Below the pieces are notes generated by a model. It did no database searches. It was not told where the DNA came from and saw only the letters and a list, made by a program, of their open reading frames with translations. DNA of 61,869 nt, counting the filler. It is 9 parts of 9 records of this genome, joined end to end, with 100 filler letters (N's around TTAATTAATTAA, not from the genome) between each part and the next. Parts side by side here need not be neighbours in the genome. Positions count along the whole stretch, not along the records: positions 37,203 to 44,037 come from SRR31156797_31377; positions 44,138 to 50,425 come from SRR31156797_31393; 7 more parts are not named here. The stretch is one strand, 5' to 3'. The position numbers were made by a program, and so were the translations under genes. How positions within the stretch are numbered: position 1 is the first letter of the stretch; each line of letters opens with the position of its first letter. This document shows positions 39,615 through 48,629 of the stretch, in pieces.

Positions 39615-40429
39615 AAAAAAGTTACGCCCCAATTGCCGTCGGCGCGGTCCTGGTATTCCTCTACGCCCTGTCCCTGACGGGCCTGTCAACCGTTCAACGG
39701 AACGGAGACCAGCGGATGGAATCCATGATTTCAAGAATCCCGCCCAAAATCGTGACCTTTTTTTCCGGAGAGTTCAAGGGGATCGTTGCCGATTACGCCC
39801 TGATCGAAGCAGCCGCCATCTTTGGGAAAGCCGAAGAGGTCACTCCTAAAGAATGGGAGACCATCGCAAACCTCTTTATCCTGACCATGGAGCTCGACCC
39901 GTTTTTCATGCAGTCCTATCACCTGATCGATGCAACCCTGCCATGGTTCACACAAAAATACGACCTGTCCATCGCCCTCCTTGAAAAAAGCAAAAACAGC
40001 CGGTTCTGGGACTGGATTCCCGGATATTTCCTGGGGTTTGAGCATTTTTATTTTCTCAAGGACAATGCAAAGGCGGCAAGCTATCTCATGGAGGCCGCCA
40101 GAATAGAGAATGCCCCCGAGGTACTTGCAACCTTTGGCGCAAGGCTTGCCAATGAAGCCGGGAACAATAAAACCGCCCTCATTTTCCTGAAAGCCTATTA
40201 CAAAAAAGAGGAAGATGAAGAAAAAAAAGCGATTATCGCAAAAAGAATTCGTTGGCATGAAGCGATTGCGGTGTTGGAAGATAAGATCATCTTATTTAAA
40301 AATGACTTTGGCCATTATCCGGCAAAACTGACGGACCTGGTTAATTATGGTTATTTACGGCAATTGCCACTGGATCCATCTGCAAAATCATTTGACTATG
40401 ATCCGGACTCCGGTAAAGTCATATTCTAA
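39611..40429 (+). CDS. Pilus-associated TPR-like accessory protein with a C-terminal GspG-like motif
   Basis: N-terminal TM, ELDPFF, WDWIPGYFLGF, GHYPAKLTDLVNYGYLRQLPLDP. Confidence 0.7.
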   Translation: MKKSYAPIAVGAVLVFLYALSLTGLSTVQRNGDQRMESMISRIPPKIVTFFSGEFKGIVADYALIEAAAIFGKAEEVTPKEWETIANLFILTMELDPFFMQSYHLIDATLPWFTQKYDLSIALLEKSKNSRFWDWIPGYFLGFEHFYFLKDNAKAASYLMEAARIENAPEVLATFGARLANEAGNNKTALIFLKAYYKKEEDEEKKAIIAKRIRWHEAIAVLEDKIILFKNDFGHYPAKLTDLVNYGYLRQLPLDPSAKSFDYDPDSGKVIF

Positions 40430-40673
40430 TCTCACCCATGTTCATTTTTTGGGGGGCATGGGAATGCATCGTTAAATATAACCCCCGGACCAGCTAAATA
40501 AAGCAAGTTTTATTTAAATATCGCCCCACAAATCACTGTCACATGGGGATCATCGTTCTCCGAAGCCTTTGTTTTGACATGGTATATTGTTTGCAGCAGT
40601 CAGCAGTAGACAACACGTGTTACCGTTATATTTGTCGTTTCAATTTTACTAAATAAAAACACCAAATAAACGG

Positions 40674-41348
40674 ATGGAATCTATGGCACCAGGAAATGAT
40701 ATGCGAAGGTTTGATCGATACAAACCGTACCCCCAGTCAGGTTTTACCCTGATTGAAGTCATGATCGTAACTGTCATCGTTTCAATTCTAATCGGCGCAT
40801 CCCTTCCCCGGATACTCCAATGGCTCCCCGACTACCGGTTAAAATCAGCGTCAAGGGCCCTGTATTCGACCCTGCAGCGGGGAAGGCTCCTGGCCACAAA
40901 GGAAAATTCCGACATTGCCATCTATTTTAACACCGGGGCCGGGAACTATCAGATCTTAAGGGATCCGGGCCCGGACGGGAAGTGGGAAACCGCGGACGAT
41001 ACCGACGATCAGCCCGGCCCGGATCTTACCCATGGCAACGCGGACGATCTCCCGGAAGACGCGCCAATTTCCCTGGCCTCCTATGGCAACGGCATCGGAT
41101 ATGGAACAGGGGCCGCGACAACCAATGCCACCAAGGATGGCGGCCCTTTTACCGGCGGCAGTGTCAGCTATAACAATCATATGGTTGTTTTTAACTCCAG
41201 GGGATTCCTGAGAAGTGCGGGATTTACAGGGTATGTCTATCTGTCAAACAGCAGGAACACCTGCTTTGCCCTGGGAACCCCGACGGTTACCGGGAATATC
41301 GTGCTGAGACGATGGGATCCGGACGGCACTGCCTGGACCACCAATTAG
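40674..41348 (+). CDS. Minor pilin, FimT/GspH family (start may be 40701)
   Basis: SG|FTLIEVMIV prepilin signal, YSTLQRGRLLA, VFNSRG. Confidence 0.85.
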   Translation: MESMAPGNDMRRFDRYKPYPQSGFTLIEVMIVTVIVSILIGASLPRILQWLPDYRLKSASRALYSTLQRGRLLATKENSDIAIYFNTGAGNYQILRDPGPDGKWETADDTDDQPGPDLTHGNADDLPEDAPISLASYGNGIGYGTGAATTNATKDGGPFTGGSVSYNNHMVVFNSRGFLRSAGFTGYVYLSNSRNTCFALGTPTVTGNIVLRRWDPDGTAWTTN

Positions 41349-41365
41349 GAAAGAGGAGGTCGCAA

Positions 41366-42193
41366 ATGCGAAACAACAACGGTTTCACCCTGGTAGAACT
41401 CCTTATTGCCATGGCGATTTCCACCTATGTGATCGGCGCCGTCTTCATGACATACCAATCCCAGCAGACAAGCTATACGGAACAGGAACAGATCGTGACG
41501 GCCCAGCAGATCCTTCGGGCATCCGCCTCAGTCATGGCCATGGAGATCCGCATGGCGGGGTTTGACCCATCCGAAACGCTGAATGCCAGTATCTCACAGA
41601 TATCCGTCCCGGACTCCCTGATTTTCACCAAGGATGATGAGACGGACACAAACACCCTGGAAACCATTACCTATGCCTATAACGCCGCTAAAAACACCTT
41701 GACCAGAACCGACAACGGCAGCGGCGCCCAGGTCTTTGCCGACAACATCGAAGCCATGGGATTTGCCTATGCATTTGATTTCGATGACAACGGTTCCATC
41801 GACACCTACGACGCAGGGGGGACGGAAACGGTCATCTGGGCCGTTGACACGGACATGGACAACGATCTTGACAGCAACCTCGATACGGACGGCAATGGGG
41901 TCATTGATGCGGCGGACGGTCCGGGGGACGGCCAAAGCGGCGTTATTCCTGGCCAAGCCCTGGTGGATTTCAACGGCGATGCCATTCCAAACGTGCCGGT
42001 TGACAGTATTCGCGCCGTCAGGGTCTGGATACTGGCACGAACCCCCAGGTCCCGGCGAAACTTTTCCAATGGGGCAACCTATACGGTCGGGAACCGGGTC
42101 ATAACGCCGGATAAGGATGGGAATACCGGCAATGACGATTTTCCCATGCGACTTTCAGATTCAATCATAAAATGCAAAAATATGGGGCTTTGA
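41366..42193 (+). CDS. Minor pilin, PilW family
   Basis: GAGGAGG RBS, NG|FTLVELLIAMAI, EIRMAGFDP, IRAVRVWILART. Confidence 0.85.
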   Translation: MRNNNGFTLVELLIAMAISTYVIGAVFMTYQSQQTSYTEQEQIVTAQQILRASASVMAMEIRMAGFDPSETLNASISQISVPDSLIFTKDDETDTNTLETITYAYNAAKNTLTRTDNGSGAQVFADNIEAMGFAYAFDFDDNGSIDTYDAGGTETVIWAVDTDMDNDLDSNLDTDGNGVIDAADGPGDGQSGVIPGQALVDFNGDAIPNVPVDSIRAVRVWILARTPRSRRNFSNGATYTVGNRVITPDKDGNTGNDDFPMRLSDSIIKCKNMGL

Positions 42194-42195
42194 CC

Positions 42196-42633
42196 ATGAC
42201 CGGGAAACAAAACATCAACACCTCAGGGTTTACCCTGCTTGAAATCCTGATCGCCATGGTGATCTTTTCAATCGGTCTGCTTGCGGTCGCCAAGATGCAG
42301 ATCTCCTCGATCCAGGGCAACGCAGATTCCCAGGAAGTAACCAACGCCACCATTCTCGCAAAGGATAAAATCGAAGAATTGATGGCTGTTGATTACAATA
42401 ACATCAACTTGTTGAACGATGTGGATGATGACGGGGAAAACGGCGGCGGGCTTGACGATACCGGCGCCGCGGCCGACTATTCCCAGGTGACCGAAAGATA
42501 CACCCTGTCCTGGAACGTTGCAAGGGACTTTCCGATACAGAACACCATGACCCTGCGTTTTATCGTCACCTGGCAGGACGGGGGGCAGACAAGGGATGTC
42601 ACCATGGAGTACATGAAATTTGACGAAATTTGA
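42196..42633 (+). CDS. Minor pilin, PilV family
   Basis: SG|FTLLEILIAMVIFSIGLLAVAKMQ, LAKDKIEELM. Confidence 0.85.
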   Translation: MTGKQNINTSGFTLLEILIAMVIFSIGLLAVAKMQISSIQGNADSQEVTNATILAKDKIEELMAVDYNNINLLNDVDDDGENGGGLDDTGAAADYSQVTERYTLSWNVARDFPIQNTMTLRFIVTWQDGGQTRDVTMEYMKFDEI

Positions 42634-42688
42634 TGAGATATAACCGATTCTGGTTAAATAAACTTTTTTCCATTATAGGGATAAATTT

Positions 42689-43276
42689 ATGCGAACAGCG
42701 CCATTAGAAACCTTCAAAAAAATTACCGGCAATGAAACAGGCTCCGCCCTGGTTATCGCAATGCTGGTGCTGATGCTGTTGACCATCATCGGCATAGCCG
42801 CCACCCGGACCACAGATACGGAACAGAATATCTCCACAAACCAAAAATGGTATACCATCAACTTTTACGGAGCCGACGGAGGCAGTGAAGCCGGAATTGA
42901 ACTGCTGGAACAAAACATCTTTTCCGCAGGATTTGACAATTCCGGAAACGGGAACTTCATCCGGGGCAACATCTCCGGACCGTCCCTCAATTTCTACATG
43001 AACCCCAACCCTCCCACCCTCATTCCCGGAGACGCCAACAGGGACGCCTTCATGCCCGCGGTCTATCCCCCCAATACCCCCCATACCAACCTGCGCATCG
43101 GCGGCAATCCAAGCCTTTCCACGGGAAGCGCCATCCAGATGGCGGCGGGATATGAGGGCAAGGGAAAGGGGGTCGCAGGGGGAGGCGGCTATATCACCTA
43201 TGACATCTGCTCCCAGCGCATTGACAACATCGACAGTGAAGCCGCTGTCAGGATCCAGTGGCGGCATCTTTTTTAG
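42689..43276 (+). CDS. Minor pilin, PilX family
   Basis: NETG|SALVIAMLVLMLLTIIGIAA (lacks E5, as in PilX), FYGADGG. Confidence 0.85.
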   Translation: MRTAPLETFKKITGNETGSALVIAMLVLMLLTIIGIAATRTTDTEQNISTNQKWYTINFYGADGGSEAGIELLEQNIFSAGFDNSGNGNFIRGNISGPSLNFYMNPNPPTLIPGDANRDAFMPAVYPPNTPHTNLRIGGNPSLSTGSAIQMAAGYEGKGKGVAGGGGYITYDICSQRIDNIDSEAAVRIQWRHLF

Positions 43277-43313
43277 CATAAATGAATCAAATTTTTGTTA
43301 CAGGAGCGCAAAA

Positions 43314-43727
43314 ATGAAAAACCTTTTTGGTCACCGGTTCAAACCGGCATTGTCACTGTATTGTCTCTTTCAGATGCTTTTCTGTTTCCAGGTGACGATT
43401 GCTGAAGAAAGTAACCATGAGCCATCCCAAGCCCTTGTCATCCGGGAACATAAACTGTCAAACGCCCTTTTGACAACGATTACCGAAAACCAGCTGACCA
43501 TTGGCGGTACCACATACAGGACGGATGAAAAAACAAAATTTCATACCCGGCTCAAATCGGGCAGCTTAAAGTCAATTTCCATGGATTCGATCACCCTTCC
43601 CTGCCGTGTCAACATCGATTATCAAACATTTTCCGTATATACCGAAGCGTTACCCTATCATGGGGATGAGCGGCTGCTTGTCCGGGTGGTGGTAAAAAAA
43701 GAAGCGAATCAAAGGAGCGCCCCATGA
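43314..43727 (+). CDS. Hypothetical secreted protein in the minor-pilin operon
   Basis: AGGAG RBS, signal-peptide-like N-terminus, ATGA overlap with the next gene. Confidence 0.6.
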   Translation: MKNLFGHRFKPALSLYCLFQMLFCFQVTIAEESNHEPSQALVIREHKLSNALLTTITENQLTIGGTTYRTDEKTKFHTRLKSGSLKSISMDSITLPCRVNIDYQTFSVYTEALPYHGDERLLVRVVVKKEANQRSAP

Positions 43728-44037
43728 AGATACCAATCTGCAATAAAGGGCAAGTTATACCGGTATTCATCATTTTTCTATGCACCGTCGTTTTTCAATT
43801 GAACAGCTTTGCCGCCTGTGACCCGGATATCAACGACTACCTCTCATACCCCCCCTTTGTATCCAACAGGGTGCCGCCCAATATTCTTCTTGTCATGGAC
43901 AACTCGGGCAGCATGAACGAATTGGCCTACCATGAAGCCAGGGGATCACGATGCTCCGATACCCTGGCCTGGACCGGTTACGACCCGGCCAAGGAGTATT
44001 ACGGCCTGTTCAATCCAAACAAATGCTATAGATACGA
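43724..44037 (+). CDS. PilY1/PilC adhesin N-terminus (3'-truncated)
   Basis: PPF...VPPNILLVMDNSGSM vWA/MIDAS start and YYGLF.P.KCY, downstream of the pilX gene. Confidence 0.8.
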
Positions 44038-44137
44038 NNNNNNNNNNNNNNNNNNNNNNNNNNNNNNNNNNNNNNNNNNNNTTAATTAATTAANNNNNNN
44101 NNNNNNNNNNNNNNNNNNNNNNNNNNNNNNNNNNNNN

Positions 44138-44993
44138 CGGTCTCGGCGAAAAGCCTGGCCCCCACGTAGGTATGGGACTTCATGATCTCATACTCTTCGT
44201 CGTTGAAACGTCCCGGTTTCTTCAGGATCAGATCCGAGATCCCCACCTTGCCCACGTCATGGAGCATGGCGGCCATCCTGAGGATGTCCTTCTCCTTCTG
44301 AGTCTGTTCCTCGGGAAGATCCCGCTTGCGGGCCCAGGCCTCATAGATCTCGCAGGCATAGGAGCCGACCCGGTTGACGTGGGCCCCCGTCTCCTTGGGA
44401 TCCCGCAGTTCGGCCATCTGTATCATCCGCAGCAGCAGGGTCCTGGTCATCCTCGCCCGCTGGAGCGCCACGGTGGCGGAACTGGCGAAGTGAAGGACGA
44501 AGGGTTCGTCCGCCTTCTTGAAGCTGATGATGTTTCCCTTGGGGCTGATGGCGTTTATCAGCTGCAGTACGCCGATGACCTCTCCCTGGTTGGTCACCAA
44601 GGGAAAGGTAAGGGTGGACACGGTTCTGTAACCGGTCACGCTGTCGAAGTAGGTGTTGAAGCTGTAAGGCCTGTCTTCGGGGATACGGTACATATCCTTT
44701 ATGTTCAGATGCTGGGCATGGGCGGCCACATAACCGGATATGGTTTTCTCATTGACGGGTATCCGGAAGTAGTCGAATTTGAGTTTCTCCCCCTTCTTCA
44801 GTTTCTTCTGAAGGGTGTTGTTCTGGGTATAGCGGATCTCAAGCTCGTTCCCCTCTTTGATATAGATGGAACCCGCATCGGCGTTGACCGCATCGCAGGC
44901 ATAGTAGAGGATCCTTTCCAGAAGGATATCCAGGTCCTGGATCCTGTTCAGGTCCCTGTCGATCTGCAAAATTTTATTCATCATGTTCGTCAT
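44138..44993 (-). CDS. GAF + HD-GYP phosphodiesterase (3'-truncated)
   Basis: GAF domain (ADAGSIY...GYRTVSTLTFPL...GVLQLIN), RDPKETGAHVNRV, LHDVGKVGISDLILKKPG. Confidence 0.9.
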
Positions 44994-45035
44994 AGTTCGG
45001 ATCCCGTCATTATACTTAGTCTACAACCTGTCCGA

Positions 45036-45317
45036 TCAGAATTCAAAATCAACCACATGACGACTGAGGGCCTCGGGACCGATAAGCTTTTTGAACTCTC
45101 CGTGGACGGGATCGTCCTGGTAGGCCTCAAGCTCCTCTTTGGAACGATGCACAGAGATCAGGACGAGATCGAATGCCGCATCCGATCCGTTATAATTGAT
45201 TCCGCTTTCCACATCCACCATGCTGGGGACCTTCCCCTTCATGGCGTCGATCCCTTCCTTCAGGGCCGCCGCCCTGTTTTTATCCTTGAGAGTCCACATG
45301 ACAACATGCTTAACCAT
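45036..45317 (-). CDS. Dabb family stress-responsive alpha/beta-barrel protein
   Basis: MVKHVVMWTLK...FDLVL...LEAYQDDPVH...VVDF. Confidence 0.88.
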   Translation of the reverse strand: MVKHVVMWTLKDKNRAAALKEGIDAMKGKVPSMVDVESGINYNGSDAAFDLVLISVHRSKEELEAYQDDPVHGEFKKLIGPEALSRHVVDFEF

Positions 45318-45409
45318 CGCTAACGCTCCTGTGTTTTGTAATAATATTCAGACCTCCGCGAAAGAGGCCGCTTATTCAATATCGGTAAAGTATCACTAAA
45401 AATAAAATA

Positions 45410-46411
45410 CTACACAACGTCTTCCCATCGACCGCTCTCTCCCGCCCTGAAAACGGCTTCGATCACCTTCATGTTGGCCAGGGCGTCCTCAAGGGGAACA
45501 TGATTCTTCTGTTCTCCCCTGACGGCCCTGACAAAGGACTCGGCCTGAAGGGTGTACTGGTCACAGACGGGGAAGTCCAGCTGTTCCTGGTCCTCCTGAT
45601 AGAACTCTCCCTTGCTCAGGAACAGGCGGGCCGGTCTGTCGGGGGGAGCGTTGAAGGGTATCTCCACCTCAAGCCGCCCCTTCGTCCCGAACAGATTCAT
45701 CCTCTGATAGGGTACGAGCTGGGTGGAACAGCAGAAGGAGGCCTGTCCGGAGGGGAAGTCCAGTATCGCCGAGCAGAGCCTATCGCAGCGGGTTACCGGA
45801 TCGTAGTCCACAAGGGCCGAGACCCGCCGGGGCTCTTCCCCGTAGACAAGACGGGATGCGGTTATGGGATAGCAGCCGATATCCAGGATGCCGCCTCCTC
45901 CCATCTCCTTATGGTTGCGGATGTTATGAGGATCCGTATTGTAGTAGCTGAAGAAGCCCTGGATGTTGCAGAGCTCTCCCAGCTGCCCTTCCGCGACGAT
46001 CTTCCGGGCCGCCAGCCACTGGGGATGGTAGCGAACCATAAAGGCTTCGCTGACGGTCAGACCTGTCTCGTCCCTCAGTTCGATCAGGGATTCGATCTCC
46101 CTGGAATCAAGGGAGATGGGCTTCTCGCAAAGGACATGCTTTCCCGCCTTCATGGCCTTAACGGTCCACTCGATATGCATATGATTGGGAAGGGGATTAT
46201 AAACGGCCTCGATTTCGGGATCGGCGATCAGCTCGTCGTAGGAACCGTAGACCTTGGGTATCCCCAGAGCCTTCGCCGCCTCACCGGCGCGATCGATATC
46301 CCTGGAGGCGATGGCATGAACGCTGCCGTTTTCCGCCAGCTGCATGGCCGGCAGAACCTTCTCCAGCCCGATTCTGGCAGTGCTGAGCACGCCCCATTTC
46401 AGCTTTTCCAT
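45410..46411 (-). CDS. Gfo/Idh/MocA family oxidoreductase
   Basis: WGVLSTARIG, YNPLPNHMH, GKHVLCEKP, GGGILDIGCY. Confidence 0.92.
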   Translation of the reverse strand: MEKLKWGVLSTARIGLEKVLPAMQLAENGSVHAIASRDIDRAGEAAKALGIPKVYGSYDELIADPEIEAVYNPLPNHMHIEWTVKAMKAGKHVLCEKPISLDSREIESLIELRDETGLTVSEAFMVRYHPQWLAARKIVAEGQLGELCNIQGFFSYYNTDPHNIRNHKEMGGGGILDIGCYPITASRLVYGEEPRRVSALVDYDPVTRCDRLCSAILDFPSGQASFCCSTQLVPYQRMNLFGTKGRLEVEIPFNAPPDRPARLFLSKGEFYQEDQEQLDFPVCDQYTLQAESFVRAVRGEQKNHVPLEDALANMKVIEAVFRAGESGRWEDVV

Positions 46412-46499
46412 ATGTTAATCCTCTTATTTTGATAAATCTCTTGTCATTATGAAATATAATAGTCAATCTAGAGGAAAAAAGAAACGATTATAATAAGAG

Positions 46500-47351
46500 A
46501 TGGAAAACTACGAACGCTTTCTGAAGAATATACCTGTCATGCCCGACGTGGCGACAAAGGTTCTCACCTTTGCGGAAGACCTGGATGAGGTGTCATTCAG
46601 GGAACTCGAAACTCTGATCAGCATGGATCCGGGGCTGACAGCTAAAATACTCAAGGTGGCCAATTCGGCCCTCTACGCCCGGCAACAGCAGATCACAAAG
46701 CTCCAGACGGCCATATCCCTGATGGGCTTCAAGGCCATAAAGAGCCTTGTCATGCTCCTGACCGCCTCCCATATGTTCAGCACCAAGGCGGTCTCCCCTT
46801 TTTACAAATATTTCTGGCAGCACTCCCTGGTTGTCGCCTTCATCGCGCAGAAGCTCTGCGACATAGCCGGTCTTACCAGGATCAGGGAAGAGGCCTTCCT
46901 GGCCGGGCTGCTTCACGATATCGGCCAGATGAGCCTCTACGAATCCAGGAAAAACGGATATGACGAGATTATGGAGTTCATCAATGCGGACGAACAGAAG
47001 ACCTGCGAACTGGAGAAGCAGGTGTTCGGCGCCGATCACAGAAGCGTGGGGGGCATGATCCTGGATTCCTGGCATTTTCCGGCCATGTACGCCGACAGCG
47101 CGGGAGAGCACGCCATGGTGAACATCCAGTCTCCCCATAAGGAACTGGTGGTGATCATCTCCATAGCCGATCTGGTATCCTCCGAGCTGTTCGCTATCGA
47201 GTACTCTCCCGAGATCCGCGAGAAGCTCAATCCCTTTCTGAAGTACTCGGGGATCGGCATCGATCAGCTGGCCTACTTCCAGGAGGATTTCATGATTGAG
47301 ATGAAGAAGGATTCCCTCTTCCAGGAGTGCCGCAGCCTTTTCAGGCTCTGA
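46500..47351 (+). CDS. Stand-alone HDOD-domain protein
   Basis: IPVMP, DPGLTAKILKVANS, WQHS, GLLHDIG, WHFP. Confidence 0.9.
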   Translation: MENYERFLKNIPVMPDVATKVLTFAEDLDEVSFRELETLISMDPGLTAKILKVANSALYARQQQITKLQTAISLMGFKAIKSLVMLLTASHMFSTKAVSPFYKYFWQHSLVVAFIAQKLCDIAGLTRIREEAFLAGLLHDIGQMSLYESRKNGYDEIMEFINADEQKTCELEKQVFGADHRSVGGMILDSWHFPAMYADSAGEHAMVNIQSPHKELVVIISIADLVSSELFAIEYSPEIREKLNPFLKYSGIGIDQLAYFQEDFMIEMKKDSLFQECRSLFRL

Positions 47352-47437
47352 AAGCCCCCGGAGGAATTCGAAAGCGGAGCGCCCTCCCCCGGAGAGAGGG
47401 GATAAGAAATCACTTGTTCAACCTTCGTCGTTTCTTA

Positions 47438-47466
47438 TTGACAGGAAATGCCACCGGGACTAGCAT
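47438..47466 (+). promoter_or_regulatory. Sigma70-type promoter immediately upstream of the yibE/F gene
   Basis: TTGACA-N17-TAGCAT, with ATG only 8 nt after the -10 box. Confidence 0.65.
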
Positions 47467-47474
47467 GAAATTCC

Positions 47475-48629
47475 ATGCTATTGAAGAACAAGGGCATCCG
47501 GTCCGTAAAAGGCAGGTTCTATCCTCTGTTTTCCCTCGGGGTCGTTCTCCTGAGCCTTGTCATAATCCTGATATCCCTCAGCCTGTTCCGTCCCCTCCCC
47601 TTCATCTCTCAGAGCTTCGAGTACGGGCGCGTTCTCGCGGTGGAGTCGGAGGAACTGGACGAGGATCCCTTCGTCCCCCGGACCAGGCTGGGCCGGCAGA
47701 CCCTGAGCGTCCGCATCCTCAGCGGCCCGCGGAAGGGGGAAGAGTTCAGCGTGAGCAACACACTCTCCCGCTCCCACAATATAGAAGCCCGGAGCGGATC
47801 GCGCTACATCTTCACCATCAGGGAGGAGGAAGGGGAAACGGTGGTATGGCTCTACAACTATAACCGCCTGCCCCTTATCCTGGGAGCCCTTTCCCTCTTT
47901 GTGACCCTGGTTCTTCTGATCGGCGGCGCCAAGGGATTCCGCTCCCTTCTGGCCCTCTTTTTCACAGGGGTGGTCATCCTCTTCATGATGATCCCCCTTA
48001 TCCTGAGCGGTATGGATCCCGTGGCGCTGGCCCTGGGCTGTATGGTCCTGATCGTCTCGGTGAATTTCCTCCTTCTCACGGGCTGGAGCCGGCGGACCCT
48101 GTGCGCCGTTCTGGGCACCCTGGGCGGCATCGTAACGGCGGGGATCTTCAGCAGCGCCGCCTCCGCTCTGGCCCGGCTTTCGGGTATGCATATGGAGCGC
48201 TCGGAGGAGATACTCTACATCGCCAGAGACTTCGGCATCCGGATCAACGGATTTTTGTTCATCGCCATTATGATCGCCTCCCTGGGAGCCGTCATGGATG
48301 TGGCCGTCAGCCTCAGTTCGTCTCTGGAGGAGCTGCGCAGGCACAGGCCCGATCTGTCGAGGCGGGAGATATTCGTATCCGGTATGAACATCGGAAGGGA
48401 TATGATCGGCACCATGATCAACACCCTCATCCTGGCCTTCACGGGGGGCTCGTTCACACTGATCCTGATGATAGCGGGACTGGGCATGGAGTTCCGCCAG
48501 TTTATCAACATTCCCATAATCGGAATTGAGATCATACAGGCTCTTGCGGGGAGCACGGGGATAGTCCTCTGCGTTCCCCTGACAATTATATCGTCAATCA
48601 TTTTATTCAATAGGAGAGAAGGAAAATGA
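47475..48629 (+). CDS. YibE/F family membrane protein
   Basis: IGGAKGFRSL, LGAVMDVAVSLSS, SGMNIGRDMIGTMINTLILAFTG, AGSTGIVLCVPLT. Confidence 0.9.
   Translation: MLLKNKGIRSVKGRFYPLFSLGVVLLSLVIILISLSLFRPLPFISQSFEYGRVLAVESEELDEDPFVPRTRLGRQTLSVRILSGPRKGEEFSVSNTLSRSHNIEARSGSRYIFTIREEEGETVVWLYNYNRLPLILGALSLFVTLVLLIGGAKGFRSLLALFFTGVVILFMMIPLILSGMDPVALALGCMVLIVSVNFLLLTGWSRRTLCAVLGTLGGIVTAGIFSSAASALARLSGMHMERSEEILYIARDFGIRINGFLFIAIMIASLGAVMDVAVSLSSSLEELRRHRPDLSRREIFVSGMNIGRDMIGTMINTLILAFTGGSFTLILMIAGLGMEFRQFINIPIIGIEIIQALAGSTGIVLCVPLTIISSIILFNRREGK

Noticed and set aside
47352-47437. Possible riboswitch upstream of the yibE/F-nucleotidase operon
   Set aside because: I cannot match purine, c-di-AMP or c-di-GMP aptamer consensus, and the predicted promoter lies downstream of this stretch.
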